From contig NW_024704743.1 of the NCBI RefSeq assembly GCF_018977255.1, positions 100,380,001 through 100,444,000 on the forward strand: 64,000 nt of DNA, read 5' to 3'. Positions 37,819 to 49,632 of this stretch are shown here, one piece after another. The notes beneath the pieces were generated by a model. That model searched no databases, was not told where the DNA came from, and saw nothing but the letters and a program-made list of their open reading frames with translations. Numbering within the stretch: position 1 is the first letter of the stretch; each line of letters begins with the position of its first letter. Source of the DNA: Callorhinchus milii. Lineage: Eukaryota. The position numbers were made by a program, and so were the translations under genes.

Positions 37819-38808
37819 AACAACAACAACAACAAAATTACATTTGTAAAGCACCTTTCACGCCGGGAGGACGTCCCAAGGTGCTGGAAGATAGAATTTC
37901 GGACCCGAGCTGGGGATTGGGCTCTCGATCACCCTGCATCGCCCCTGCCCTGAACCCTCGTTCAGGGCGGGGGGGATGCAGGGTGATCGAGAGCAGGGTC
38001 GAAGAGGAGAGTCTTGAGATGGGTCTTGAAGGAGGCAAGGAAGGGAGCGAGACGGAGGGACTGAAGGATGGAGTTCTGGGGGCGGGGGTGCAGAGTGGCA
38101 GAAGATCCGCCTCCCAATAGTGGGGCGAGCGAGGCGGGGGATGTAAAGCAGGCTGGAGCCCACTGGTCGGAGGGAGCGAGCAGGATGCTAGGGGGTTAGG
38201 ACAACAACAACAACAACAACAACAAGATTCCATTTATAAAGCGCCTTTCACGTCAGGAGGACGTCCCAAGGCGCTGCACAGTTGGGTCATGACCCGAGCA
38301 GGGGGGAAATGGTCAGGGTGAGGGGAGGGAAGGGAGGGAGCGAGGAGGGGGAAATGGTCAGGGTGAGGGGAGGGAAGGGAGGGAGCGAGGAGGGGGAAGA
38401 GAGTCGAGAGGGGAGCTGAAGGCACGGTCAAAGAGAAAGGTTTTGAGACCGGCCTTGAAGGAGGAGAGGGAGGAAGCAAGGCGAAGGCACTGGGGGATAG
38501 AGTTCCAGAGCCTGGGGGCTGAGAGGCTGAAGGCCCGACCACCGATGGTAGGGCGGTTGGGGCGGGGGACGTGGAGCAGACCGGAGCCAGAGGAACGGAG
38601 GGTACGGGCAGGTCCCGAAGCCTGGTGCGGGACAGTACCCGAGCTGCAGAGTTCTGAATGACAGAGTTCTGAAGGACATTGCAGAGGTAGGGGGGAGTAA
38701 AACCATGGAGAGCTTTGAAGGTGATGACCAGGATCTTGAATTGTATCCTTTGTGTAATGGGAAGCCAGTGGAGTCAGGTGAGAATGGGGTGATGGGGTCA
38801 CGGAGCTG
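37819..38808 (-). mobile_element. Older L2 3' fragment hosting a younger L2
   Basis: 37819-38203 and 38673-38808 are colinear L2 ORF2 C-terminal sequence. Confidence 0.85.
38201..38672 (-). mobile_element. Young L2 3' end nested in an L2
   Basis: PARTLRSSGSGLLHVPRPNRPTIGGRAFSLSAPRLWNSIP, near-identical to the 53250 copy; TSD AGGACA at 38198-38203 and 38673-38678. Confidence 0.9.
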
Positions 38809-39397
38809 AATTAACATTAGTAGATGACAGTCATAATTAGCCCAGGCTATTTCAGTGCTCTTAACTCTGCTAAGCTCAGCAACTCTTCCAAGTCAATCCC
38901 TAGATGTCAACCGGATTTCATATTCAAATAAAAGTACTCCCAGCATCACCAGAAATAGACCAAAATATTACAATTATTATTTTTAAACATTTGGATAATT
39001 GTTTTGGCCAAAATTATATCTCCAGGTCAGGTACAGCAATGTACCAATGTGCATTTTCCACAGTATTTTAGGAGATGCAGACAGCAGGGCAGAGTGACTG
39101 AAGGCTTGGGCACCAATGGTGGGGTGGAATGAGTGAGGAACGAACATTGTAGAATGAGTGAGGAAAAAGCAGTACATCAGACTCAGGGGAGTGGACGATA
39201 TGAGCAAGCTGCTTGAGTTGGAGAACTTTGTTAAGGTTCGATGGGGACAAGATCTTGAAGTGATTTGAAGGCAAAGACAAGCCTGTAAAGTCAATCCGAC
39301 AGAAAATTGGGAGCCAGTGTTGTCTGATGGGAATAGAGTCAATAAGCCTGCAGAGCTGAGTGTGGGAGTAAAATATAGGGTTCAGTAGTTGGAGGGG

Positions 39398-39692
39398 AGC
39401 GAGAGACCTGGGTTCAATTCCAGGCAGGGCGAAACCTTAGGCAAGTTTCCTTACTCTCCACAAGCCTAATAATAATCCCTCCAAAACAAAAACAATAATA
39501 AATTTGTCATTTTCAATCCACGACTGTTTGTGGGACACTGCTGTGCCCAATTGGCTGCCGGGTTTCGCCCACAAATATACAGTCAATTCACTTTACAGCA
39601 TATTCTGTGAAGCGCTTTGAGATGTCGAGAAGACATAAAAAAGCGCTATATCAAATGCAAGGATTATTATATTATTATTATTATTATTATTA
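39398..39692 (+). mobile_element. 5'-truncated short-form SINE
   Basis: Begins mid tRNA head (AGCGAGAGACCTGGGTTCAATTCC) and runs to the (ATT)n tail. Confidence 0.92.
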
Positions 39693-40779
39693 AGAATAGT
39701 TAGTGAGGCCACCCAGGGACGATTGGAACAGAGTGGTCTTGACGTAACAAAAGCAATCCATCTAGTTATACAGCTGAATGAGATTGACAATTCAGTACAA
39801 ATTGATACCAATTATTGGAAGTTGTTGTAAGAGTTGAAGCGGGGAACCATCCTTTTTAAATCTGGTACCAATATATCAAATCCTAAAACAATTCGGTGCC
39901 TTAAAATACAAGCGTAAAATCATGATTGTCGGCATGGCTTTATAGGGATTAATCAGATAAAATCAACAGTCAAATACTGGGAAAAGTTAGGCAAGAGTGT
40001 GAACCTTAGCAAAATTCAGACAGATTGTAAGTCGAGCTAAACATATGGAGCCTGGGTTATTTTTAAGGGTGACTTACATCAAAATAGGTCACACGTTTAA
40101 ACCAAAAGGAGCGAATCTTGAAAAGTGTGATCAATTCAATCTCCATTAAATTTGAGTGATGGAGAGTCAGTGCTGAACTGTTGCTAAAATGTTTGTGTGT
40201 TACATAATAGTTCTGGAGCGACTGGATTGATGTGAGAAGCCTAAAATGATTGCAGGCTGAGCATATGTAAAGACAAGGTAAGTTACTGCTTGCTGTAGTA
40301 CGAGTCACCATCTGTTGCAAGTATTCCTACTAATACTGCATCAGTAGCTCAGATTAAAGCAGATTTAAATTTCATACTGAGGGATGTCCTTATCCAGTTC
40401 ACTGCCACAGATATATTTCTTTGCACATTTTTTTCAAGGCGTGGGGTAAGCGGGTGTAGCTGTTATTAAAATAATCTTAATCTGTGTCACTCTGTACACT
40501 TTATATTTGACCAAAAAGTTTTGATTTGTTATTGCCTCATTATAGTTCCAGTCCTTTAGGTTTAATAATAGCAATAATAATCTTTACATTCGATATAGCA
40601 CCTCATTATATTATGAAAACTTCTCAAAGCATTTCACAGAATTTAAGATAAAGTCTAGTGACTGTGTATTTTGTAGGTAAATGCAGCAGCTGATTCGCTC
40701 ACAGCAATGTCCGACCAACAGCCATTTAGTGAGTGTCCAATTTTATCTGGGGGAATGCCAACAATCAGTATAGATTTGT

Positions 40780-40966
40780 TTAGAGTGTGATTAACAACTT
40801 TTAAGAGAGTAGTAGATAATTATTTGAGGAGGACAAGTTGGCAAGGCTATGGGAAGAGAACGAGGGAGTGGGATTGAATTGGATAGCTCTTTTCAAAGAG
40901 CCGGCACAGACACGATAGGCCGAATGGCCTCCTTCTCTGCTGTAAAATTCTATGATTCTATGATTA
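40780..40966 (+). mobile_element. CR1-type 3' end, followed directly by a SINE tail (40967-41078)
   Basis: GCTCTTTTCAAAGAGCCGGCACAGACACGATAGGCCGAATGGCCTCCTTC and (ATTCTATG)n octamer tail typical of CR1. Confidence 0.85.
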
Positions 40967-41289
40967 TGTTTCGCCCACAAAATATAATCAATTGATTTTA
41001 CAGTATATTCTGTGAAGCACTTTGAGACGTCCAGAAGAAGTGATAAGGCACTACATCAAATGCAAGGATTATTATTATACCTCACACTTTCTGCACATCC
41101 ACATAATTAAGGTTTTTTCTTTTGTAAATTACTGTTGGCAACAAATGAAATAAAATTAGCTTTCTAAAACAGCACAATGAACTTGCACCTACACAATTTG
41201 ACAGATTATATAAGTGATCAGTGTTATAATGAACCAAATAGACTAGACCGGTGTGATTTCCCTGCGTGCCTCCTCGTAGTACCTGTCAG

Positions 41290-41475
41290 TTCAGGAATGT
41301 GTGCTAGGTTAAGAGAGCTGCTCAGAGAGTTAGGGGAAATTGATTCATTACCATGGTGACAATCCTGACTGTGCTTACAATCCTCCACTGACAAAGGGAA
41401 TCACATGGGGAAGAAAGCACAGCTGAGATGGCATCATCACTCTGACCCGCAGCAGGAATGCAGGAATGCACAGGC
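41290..41475. promoter_or_regulatory. Candidate enhancer (RFX X-box-like, AP-1-like and tandem TEAD motifs)
   Basis: TGATTCA 41341-41347, ATTACCATGGTGAC 41347-41360, GGAATGCAGGAATG 41455-41468. Motif matches only. Confidence 0.3.
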
Positions 41476-41639
41476 CCGAAGAGAAAAGATTACAGCCCAT
41501 CCAGTCAGTCTGAAAGTTAACAAAATTATACATTTCTTAAAACCCTCGTTTGAGTTCTTTGCCAAGTAACATTCATTGGACTGCAAAAAGTTACAAAGCA
41601 TATACATATAAACTCATGAATTAATTTTGAGCAACTAGA

Positions 41640-41880
41640 GTAGACTCTCAATAGCTCAGCAAGTGTACCTCATTAGTAATGTATAGAACAGGAAGAAGCC
41701 AGATTCAGTCTCAAGCATGCGCTAAATTACCTGATCTCAGGCTGTCAGCTTCAGGGGCCTTCATTTACCACTGCTGATTGATATTGAATGATCCCTATTG
41801 AAGGGGGTGTGTGTATGCATGCAAGGAGAGAAACAGGCTTAGGTTTGATACATCCATGGTGCTATCCAGACTCACTTTTC
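41640..41880 (+). mobile_element. AmnSINE2-like relic
   Basis: TGCGCTAAATTACCTGATCTCAG...TGATCCCTATTGAAGGGGGTGTGTGTATG; weak similarity to the 1205 and 18430 copies. Confidence 0.4.
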
Positions 41881-42880
41881 AAACAATAATCTATATAATG
41901 TTTTTCGCATTGAGAGGTCGTACAAAAGCTGTACAGACACCTGAGCTGGGGGTGCAGATTAGCTGAAGGGGGATAAATGATGACCAAAAGCAAAATAGTT
42001 GACTTCTGAGCTGATGTGCAATTGTAGCTATGAAACTGCATCCCAGGAGAACATCTTCAGTAGAGAAGTGGATGTGAAAATTTGCCAGAGGGGAAAAAAG
42101 TCACAAGGGTATTGTAAAATGATTTATAAACCTTCAGAACCCCAAAATATACTGCCGCCTAGCATTATTGTTTTCCTACTCCCAATAGCAATAATAATAA
42201 AATGAATAGTCACATTTTATAGCACCTTATCACATCAAAACATCTCAAAAGCACTTAACATAATCAGTTACTATGACATGCTTTGACAGTTTTATAGGCA
42301 AACATACTACCTAATTTTCCCCAGCAAGTCCCACAAAGTGCAATGAGATGGATGATCAGTTGATCTGTTTACTTTTATTGAAGTCAAATGAGATCAGAAG
42401 AACTCATTGCTTTTCTTTGAAATACAGTTACGGATAATGAACTTCTACTTGAACCTTTAGAACAATAGATGGGGCCTCAGTTTAACACTCAAAGCTGCAG
42501 TTATAGCTCTATGGCACCAGTAACACCTCTAGTACATAAACCAAGAGGAAGATCTTCATGTGTGAAGATCAACAAGGATATTGGGAAGTAATCAGTTGCA
42601 ACAGAACCAACGCCAATCCTGTCCTCAATTGATAGCCAGAACTGCAGTTTCCAGCAGGGCCGATTAGCCCTATCAGGCTAGTGATTAGCGGCAGGACTCT
42701 TTGAGTCAAAGGAATCTGAGCCCAAGTGTTGTGTCTCCTCTACTGCCTTTACATAGAGTTAAAACTGGGATCTTTTTCTGTATCACATCAGCAATACATT
42801 TATAACTAAAGCATCAGAAGTATTCTTAACGGCGGTTTCTATAAGTTAAAGAGACTGGATTATACTTTTGCTAAAGCACA

Positions 42881-43507
42881 TAATAATCCTTCAATTATGC
42901 TAGCATTTGACATAGCGCCACCTTGGGCAAGTTTCCTTACTCCACAAGCCTAATAATAATCCCTCCAAAACAAAACAATAATAAATTGGTCATTTTCAAT
43001 CCACGACTGTTTGTGGGACACTGCTGTGTGCAATTGGCAGCCGCATTTCGCCCACAAATATACAGTCAATTCACTTTACAGCATATTCTGTGAAGCGCTT
43101 TGAGATGTCTACAAGACGTGAAAAGCGCTATATCAAATGCAAGGTTTATTATTATTATTATATCACATCATTGGCAAAATATATTGTAAAATGTATTGTT
43201 AAGTGACTGTATATTTTCTGGGCAAACCCTGACAGCCAATTGCGCCTAGCAGTGTCCCACAAACAGTTGTGGATTGAGTGACCAAATTAGTGTCATTTTA
43301 TTTATTATTTATTTATTTTGGAGGGATTATTACCCCCAGAAAGCGATCAACCAATCAACTAACAATCGGTTTCCTACTTACCGCTAAGTAAACAGAGGCA
43401 TGTGGAGTAATGAGACTTCCCTAAGGTTTCGCCCTGCTCGGGATTCAAACCCGGGTCCTCCTGCTTGTGAGGCGAGTGCTCTAACCAATACACTACAGGA
43501 CTCCACA
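42881..43507 (-). mobile_element. Older long-form SINE interrupted by an oppositely oriented SINE
   Basis: Tail start at 42881, resumes about 43160, head ends ACTACAGGACTCCACA at 43507; carries the extra central segment. Confidence 0.85.
42921..43160 (+). mobile_element. 5'-truncated short-form SINE
   Basis: CCTTGGGCAAGTTTCCTTACTCCAC through to the (ATT)n tail; near-identical to the 39398 copy. Confidence 0.92.
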
Positions 43508-45199
43508 TCATCATGAACAGAAATTCTTTTGAAGAACCTTTAAAATTAGTAGAATTTTTCAAAAATGTCAAAAAAAGTTCTCAGTGATCAATGTTTAAAG
43601 CTACGGACATGGCGCTGAGTGATCCAAAAGTCCCAATATAGGCCTTGAATTTACAACCTTCTGGCTCAGAGGCGAAAGCGCAACCAACGAAGCCAATTGA
43701 AACATGCAATTCAAGGTCACTTGTGATCTCTAGCATAAGATGTTATTGCAAGAATGTACAGAGAAACAGCATTTAACCTGGGAGGAAGAACAAGGCTGAA
43801 ACAAAGATTATAGTGATTTTGTTGGTTTACCACCAAGCCTTGGTAATGAAGTTGGTGGGGGGGACAATAGCACCCAGCGGATTTCTTTGTTTCGATTGCT
43901 GACCTGATCAAAGAGGTTAATATTTCAGTGCAGCAAAATCCAGATACTGACTGAATTCAGTTGCTATTTTACCATGGGGCTTTCAGGGCGAGCTAAGCTA
44001 GAGCTCTGTAATGAGGACTTCAGAGAAACAACATGTCTCACAGGTAATGCTTTTTTGTTTGAGGTTGTTTGTCCCTGCATGGAATTTATCTGTTCTATTA
44101 TTTTGGGTTGGGAGAACTCCACAGAAAAGAACAAAGATTCAGTGAAAGAGAAGCAGGGGGAGACTGAGTAAACATGAATCACTAGGTAATTGATGATTTC
44201 ATGTACTGAACCCCTGTGAGTCATGTTACTATAAATTTAAACTAGCTGCCTGACAGATTATTATAATTGTGCTTTGGGGGTAGGACATGTCTTTCATTTT
44301 TAGTTTCAATTCCCACGAGAGGGATTTTTTTTCACACAATTGTTTTCTCTTCCTTTCTTTTCTGAAGCAATTTCCTTCTATTGGACTACCATTCCATAGG
44401 CACATTCACTGCACCTGAGCACCTACATGATTCAACAATAACAACAACAACTTGCACTTATATAGCGGTCTCCAACTTAGGGAAGTGTCTCAGAGCGCTG
44501 AACAGCGGCGGATTCATGTGAGTGGGCTAGATATTTGACGTAAATTGGATTTATAGAGGACAATTTCAGGACAGACACCAGGAAGTATTTCTTTATTCAG
44601 AGGGTAATTAATGACTGGAACAAGTTACCAGAAAGGGTGGTGGGGACCACGAATTTGGACATTTAAAAAAAATGCTTGTTGCTGTGATGGGAATGACGAC
44701 ATGGTGGGTATGCTGGAAGGATGAAATGGGCTCAAGGGCTTTCTTTATCCAAACCAATCTTGGGATTAAGTCCTTCGAGTGCAGATCTCTAATTAGTTTA
44801 TTACAACCCAGCAGAGTCTGGAAGAGTTCTGCCCATTATGTCTGGTCATGGTGTGAGGAGAAACTGCAAAACATATCTCAGGGAACTTTTTTTTATAGAA
44901 ACATCACCACGCCATGCTGCTCAACATAAGACACAACTGAATTCCAGCTATCACATCTGTTACTTCAAGTGTCAATGTTTTCAGTTCAAGTGAATTTTCA
45001 AGAAACAGATGGCTTGAACATCCATTCCTACTTGTACCTACGGAGAATGCTTCAAGTTCTCTTCCAAATGAGCACTTCCTGTCCAAACATTTAGTAGGAT
45101 TTGAAATCTGAGACCAAAACTTCCACTTAATCTAAATCCTAGAGACAATTTTTCATCTGAAAATGTAACATTGCACACATTTGTGTAAAAATCTCTGAA

Positions 45200-45270
45200 G
45201 TTCAGTCTTAATTTGGAAGCTGGTCCTTTTTGATAGCTACAGAAAACCGACTTCCAAATTAAGATTTCAG
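45200..45270. mobile_element. Central hairpin of the 25665-type MITE
   Basis: Perfect 14-bp inverted repeat TCTTAATTTGGAAG / CTTCCAAATTAAGA; homologous to 25739-25815. Confidence 0.6.
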
Positions 45271-46619
45271 TAGGAATGACCGCCATTGGTGTCAGGGTTT
45301 CAGTGTATCCCAACTCTCTGAAACTCTATCCCGTAGCCTCTTCAACTAGCACTTTTGTTAGACTCATCTCTTTCCTCACCTCCTTCAAGGTCCACCTCCG
45401 GACCTTCCTCTTTAACTGCAAGTTTGGCCATCTCTCCCCCTCCCCCCCCCCACCCCCCCACTCACCCTCAGCCCCCATCCCCAGTTTGGGTGCAAAGCTT
45501 GGACTGTCCAGTGCTTTTGGATGTCCCCCTGATGTGAAAAGCGATATAAATGTAAACTTGTCTTGTATGGTACAAATTGGATTTATGGATCTTCCACAGT
45601 TTTAAACAATATTAAATTTTACAACAAAACAATCTCACAGACTAAGCCCAGCTGGTATTTCAGATTTCAGGTTGTAGACTTAAAAAAGGTTATGGAGTCT
45701 CTAAGGGTTTCTTATTCTTTTAACAGCTTCCAAGCTACACAACACATATGCTTTTCATATACTTTCTGTGCCTCAATTTGACAATTGGTCAGGTTGCCTT
45801 GAAACTTGGCAGAGTGAAGATTGGTGCCTGCAACCCCCAACCCTATGTCATCAGGTACTGAATGCTCTACTGTGCTGGCAATATACTGCTCATATCAGCT
45901 GAATTTGATTAAACATGGGCAACATTTATGCAGTCCAATTGTTTTGATGGACACCCTGCACTGAGGACACCTGCAAAAAATTGAGCATAACCTACTTATC
46001 TCTGAGCAAACCTTTCCCTTATGGGAATGAATTCCGCTTCACTTGTGTTGCATCATAATGTGACTCAAACAGTTTTGACACAAGTTAAAAGACCTTTGCT
46101 GTTCCCTTCCCACTACGCATTGTAAACCATCTGCTTCACAGTATGCTCTGAAGGAGAGAGTGAGGGCAGAATAAAGCCAGCGCACAGATGCTGCCAAAAC
46201 ATTATTTTTCTTTTACATCTTCTGGTGAATATATCAGCCTGAGGTGGAGGTGAAGGATGTTAGTGCTGGTCAATGGAACATGTTCTCACTTTTAGCATTC
46301 TCAGGTCAGCATCACGCATTCATTCCCAGGGACATGAACATTCAACATGGACATGCTGCCCCGGGCAAGATTAGTGACCTCAGTACAAACTGGGTCTTGA
46401 CCCTGTTCCTTGCTGGTGTGTTATAGCTTACAGTTCAAGGCAGTGATTTTACTAACTAGACCAGCAATATTTTTTATATATATATAATATACAAATGTTT
46501 ATGCTGCTTCTACATGTTAATTTAAGAAAGATCTCATCCCACTGAGTGACGTCTCCGAAAGTTCACAGGCAGCAATGTGATATGCAAGCGCAAACTCTCC
46601 ATTTAGACTCTCTCCCCAA

Positions 46620-46910
46620 ACTGCCTTATTAAAAAGAAATCTAATAACAGATTGGGGAGCAGCATTGACGGATACTTCCATTCAGCCGGCATCAAGCTCT
46701 GTTCCAATTTATTTTTCAGCCTGTCCCTGCTGAGCTTTGTTGTAAAACTCAGCAAGGAGAAGCTGAGAAATTACTGACTCTTAGACAAGCGTAACCTTCA
46801 TGCCCTGGCCCTGCTGACTTTGACTGTACAGCTTAGCAGGGTCACGGTCAAAGATAAAACAGGAAAATAGTTCCAACTGCTATGGAAACAAATACTGCAA
46901 AATGCAGGGT
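46620..46910. promoter_or_regulatory. Candidate enhancer or conserved non-coding element
   Basis: TGCTGAG...CTCAGCA inverted pair, TGCTGAC, GGGTCACGGTCA, AGATAA, CAGGAA and CTGCTATGGAAAC clustered in unique sequence. Motif matches only. Confidence 0.3.
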
Positions 46911-47160
46911 GGTTGAGGTTCCACTTACTACTTAAGTTTTGTGATTTTGATGGAAAAATCCATTGTCAACACACTTTGTCAATCGTTGCTATACTTATTA
47001 GCACCATGATGAGAGAGCTGTCATATATAAATGGGGATGACTTGCTGTATCTAGAGGTGGGAGATGGCAGTCTCCTAAACCTGAGTATTATTCCCGCATA
47101 TCTGCTTCCCAACATTCAACTCAGAAGAACACCATAAAATCTGATGATCTACTGTGAGGC

Positions 47161-47194
47161 AGTGATCAGTCTCTATCGATAAAGACTGATCACT
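47161..47194. repeat. 34-bp near-perfect palindrome
   Basis: AGTGATCAGTCTCTATCGATAAAGACTGATCACT; 16 of 17 pairs complementary. Confidence 0.95.
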
Positions 47195-47965
47195 AAAGTT
47201 GTACAGCTTTACTCTATCCTTCTGGGAGAGGAAGAGGAGGTCAGCAAGTTTCTGCGCCCGAATGCGCTCCAAGGTGACTAGCATGTTAATGGAATGATGG
47301 AATTGAGTTAATCCTTTGTGATGGTCTCGGCAGTTGAGTTTGAGCCAGGCAGGTCTCCAGTCCTCCAAGGAATTGAACTGTGCCCTGGGATGATTGAACT
47401 GTACTCCTACATAAATCAGATCTGCTGTAATATCACACAGTGACACATTGGGCTCATTAAAGAGATCCACAACTTTAGATAAGCTCTCAAAGCATTTCTT
47501 TAAATGACGTGTTGCTTACACTGCACGTCAATGTTGTCGCTGTGTGATGGAGTAAGGATGTTCTCCATTGATAGCTACAGCAATATCAGTACATCCTAAC
47601 ATCAAGACGGAGACTGAAGGCGGTATAAGAAACAAATAACAAAGTGTGATGGGGAACAGGAACCAACATTTTGCAATCTGTGATTTCTAGTTCCAATTGT
47701 GCTCAATATCCAGCCTGACTTCACTCTCAAGGGTCGGTGAGATGAATTTGCACAGATTGCTAGGAGAGCTCAGCATGCTGACAAATAATGTCTCTAACAC
47801 TGGAAACTTTGTAACAACAATCATAAACAGCAATTTGGAGTTACACAAAATGACGCTGCCTGTAACAAAATGTTCGATATTGACTAGTGGGAACCTGGGT
47901 TGGTGTGATTGGGTCAGAGATCTTGCAAGATGGTAAAACATACTTCGGGTTAAGGCAAAAGTTAT

Positions 47966-48275
47966 TAAAATAATCCTTGTATATGATATAGCGCCTTATC
48001 ACGTTGTTGAGGTGTCTCAAAGCACTTCACAGAATAGATTGTAAAGTGGATTGACTGTATTTTTGGCGAAATGCACAGTAATGTCTGACAAACAGTGGAT
48101 TGAATCGTCCAATGTTGCTTTTAGCAATAATTACCCCCAGAAAGCAATCCACCAATTAACTAACAACCAGATTTCTACTTACTCCTAGGTAAGCAGAGGT
48201 GTGCCAAGTAAGGAAACTTGCCTAAGAAACCCGGTCTGGGAATCAAACCTGGGTCCTCTTGCTTGGTAACCACTG
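47966..48275 (-). mobile_element. Older long-form SINE
   Basis: Tail, Deu-like 3' part, extra segment CCCCAGAAAGCAATC...CTAGGTAAGCAGAGG, partial head. Confidence 0.8.
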
Positions 48276-48329
48276 TGACATTATGGGACTTCACAAAGTA
48301 CACGTGGCTAAAATGGTGTTGTTGTAGCC

Positions 48330-49632
48330 AAACTAGCTAGAGATATAAAGACAGATTGTAAGAGCTTTTACCAGTGTATAAAGAGGAAGAGATTAACAAA
48401 AGTAGATGTGGGTCCCTTACAGGCAGACAGGAGAAATTATAATGGGGAATAAAAAAATGGCAGCGTTATTAAACAATTATTTTGCTTCTGTCTTCATGTT
48501 GGAAGATACTAAAAGCTTACCAGAAATAGTGGAGAACCCAGAGACTAATGTTAGTGAGGAACTTAAAGAAATTAATATCAGTCAAGTAATAGTACCAGAG
48601 AAATTGAGGGACTAAAAACTGATAAATCCCCTGGACCTGATGGCCTGCATCCAAGGGTTTTAAAAGAGGTGGCTGCAGAGATAGTGGATGAATTGTTTTT
48701 GATCTTCCAGAATTCCCTGGAATCTGGAAGAACGGTTCCCGTTGATTGGAAGATCACAAACGTAACACCGCTATTTAAGAAGGGTGGGAGAGAAAAAATG
48801 GGGAACTATAGACCAATTAGCCTGACATTGGCGGTAGAAAAAATTCTAGAGTCTATAATTAGGAACGTCGTCGTGGGGCACTTAGAAAGTCATAATATGA
48901 TTAGGCAGAGTCAACACGGTTTTATGAAAGGGAAATCGTATTTAACAAATCTTTTAGAGTTTTTTGAGGATGTAGCTAGCAGGTTAGATGGGGGAACCCG
49001 TGGATATAGTGTACTTGGATTTTCAGAAGGCATTCAATAAGGTGCCACATAAAAGGTTGTTACATAAGATTAGGGCTCATGGAATAAAGGGTAATATATT
49101 AGCATGGATTAAAGAATGGTTAACCGGCAGAAAACAGAGAGTAGGGATAAACGGGTCCTTCTCAGATTGGCAGGTTGTGATTAGTGGAATGTCGCAAGGA
49201 TCAGGAGTTGGGGCTCAACTGTTTAGAGTCTACATCAATGATTTAGATGAAGAAGTAGAGCTTACTTAATGTATCTAAATTCGCAGATGATACAAAGCTA
49301 GGTGGGAAAGTAAGCTGTGAGGAGGACACAGGGAGGATGCAAAGGGATATAGACAGGTTAAGTGAGTAGTCAAGAAGATGGCAGATGGAGTAAAATGTGG
49401 TGAAGTGTGAAGTTATTCATCTAGGTAGAAAAAATAGAAAATTCGAAAATTCGTTCGCCCACAAATATACAGTCAATTCACTTTACAGTCTGTTCTGTGA
49501 AGCGCTTTGGGACGTCCTCCCAACGTGAAAAGCGCTATATCAAATGCAAGGATTATGATTATTATTATTAAATGGCGGGGCAGGCTCAAGGGGCCGAATG
49601 GCCTACTCCTGCTCCTATTTCTCATGTTCTTT
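48330..49632 (+). mobile_element. CR1 LINE fragment with disrupted RT; about 0.7 kb replaced by a SINE fragment
   Basis: KSPGPDGLHPRVLKE, NYRPISLT, SQHGFMKGKS, VDIVYLDFQKAF, GMSQGS, SKFADDTKLGG; frameshifts and stops; CR1 tail at 49571-49632. Confidence 0.95.
49452..49570 (+). mobile_element. Young SINE 3' fragment within CR1
   Basis: CGTTCGCCCACAAATATACAG...AGCGCTTTGGGACGTCCTCCC...GCAAGGATT. Confidence 0.9.

Noticed and set aside
47697..47936. Viral envelope or Toll-like receptor LRR fragment
   Set aside because: Only superficial resemblance; no LRR periodicity, fusion peptide or cysteine pattern.
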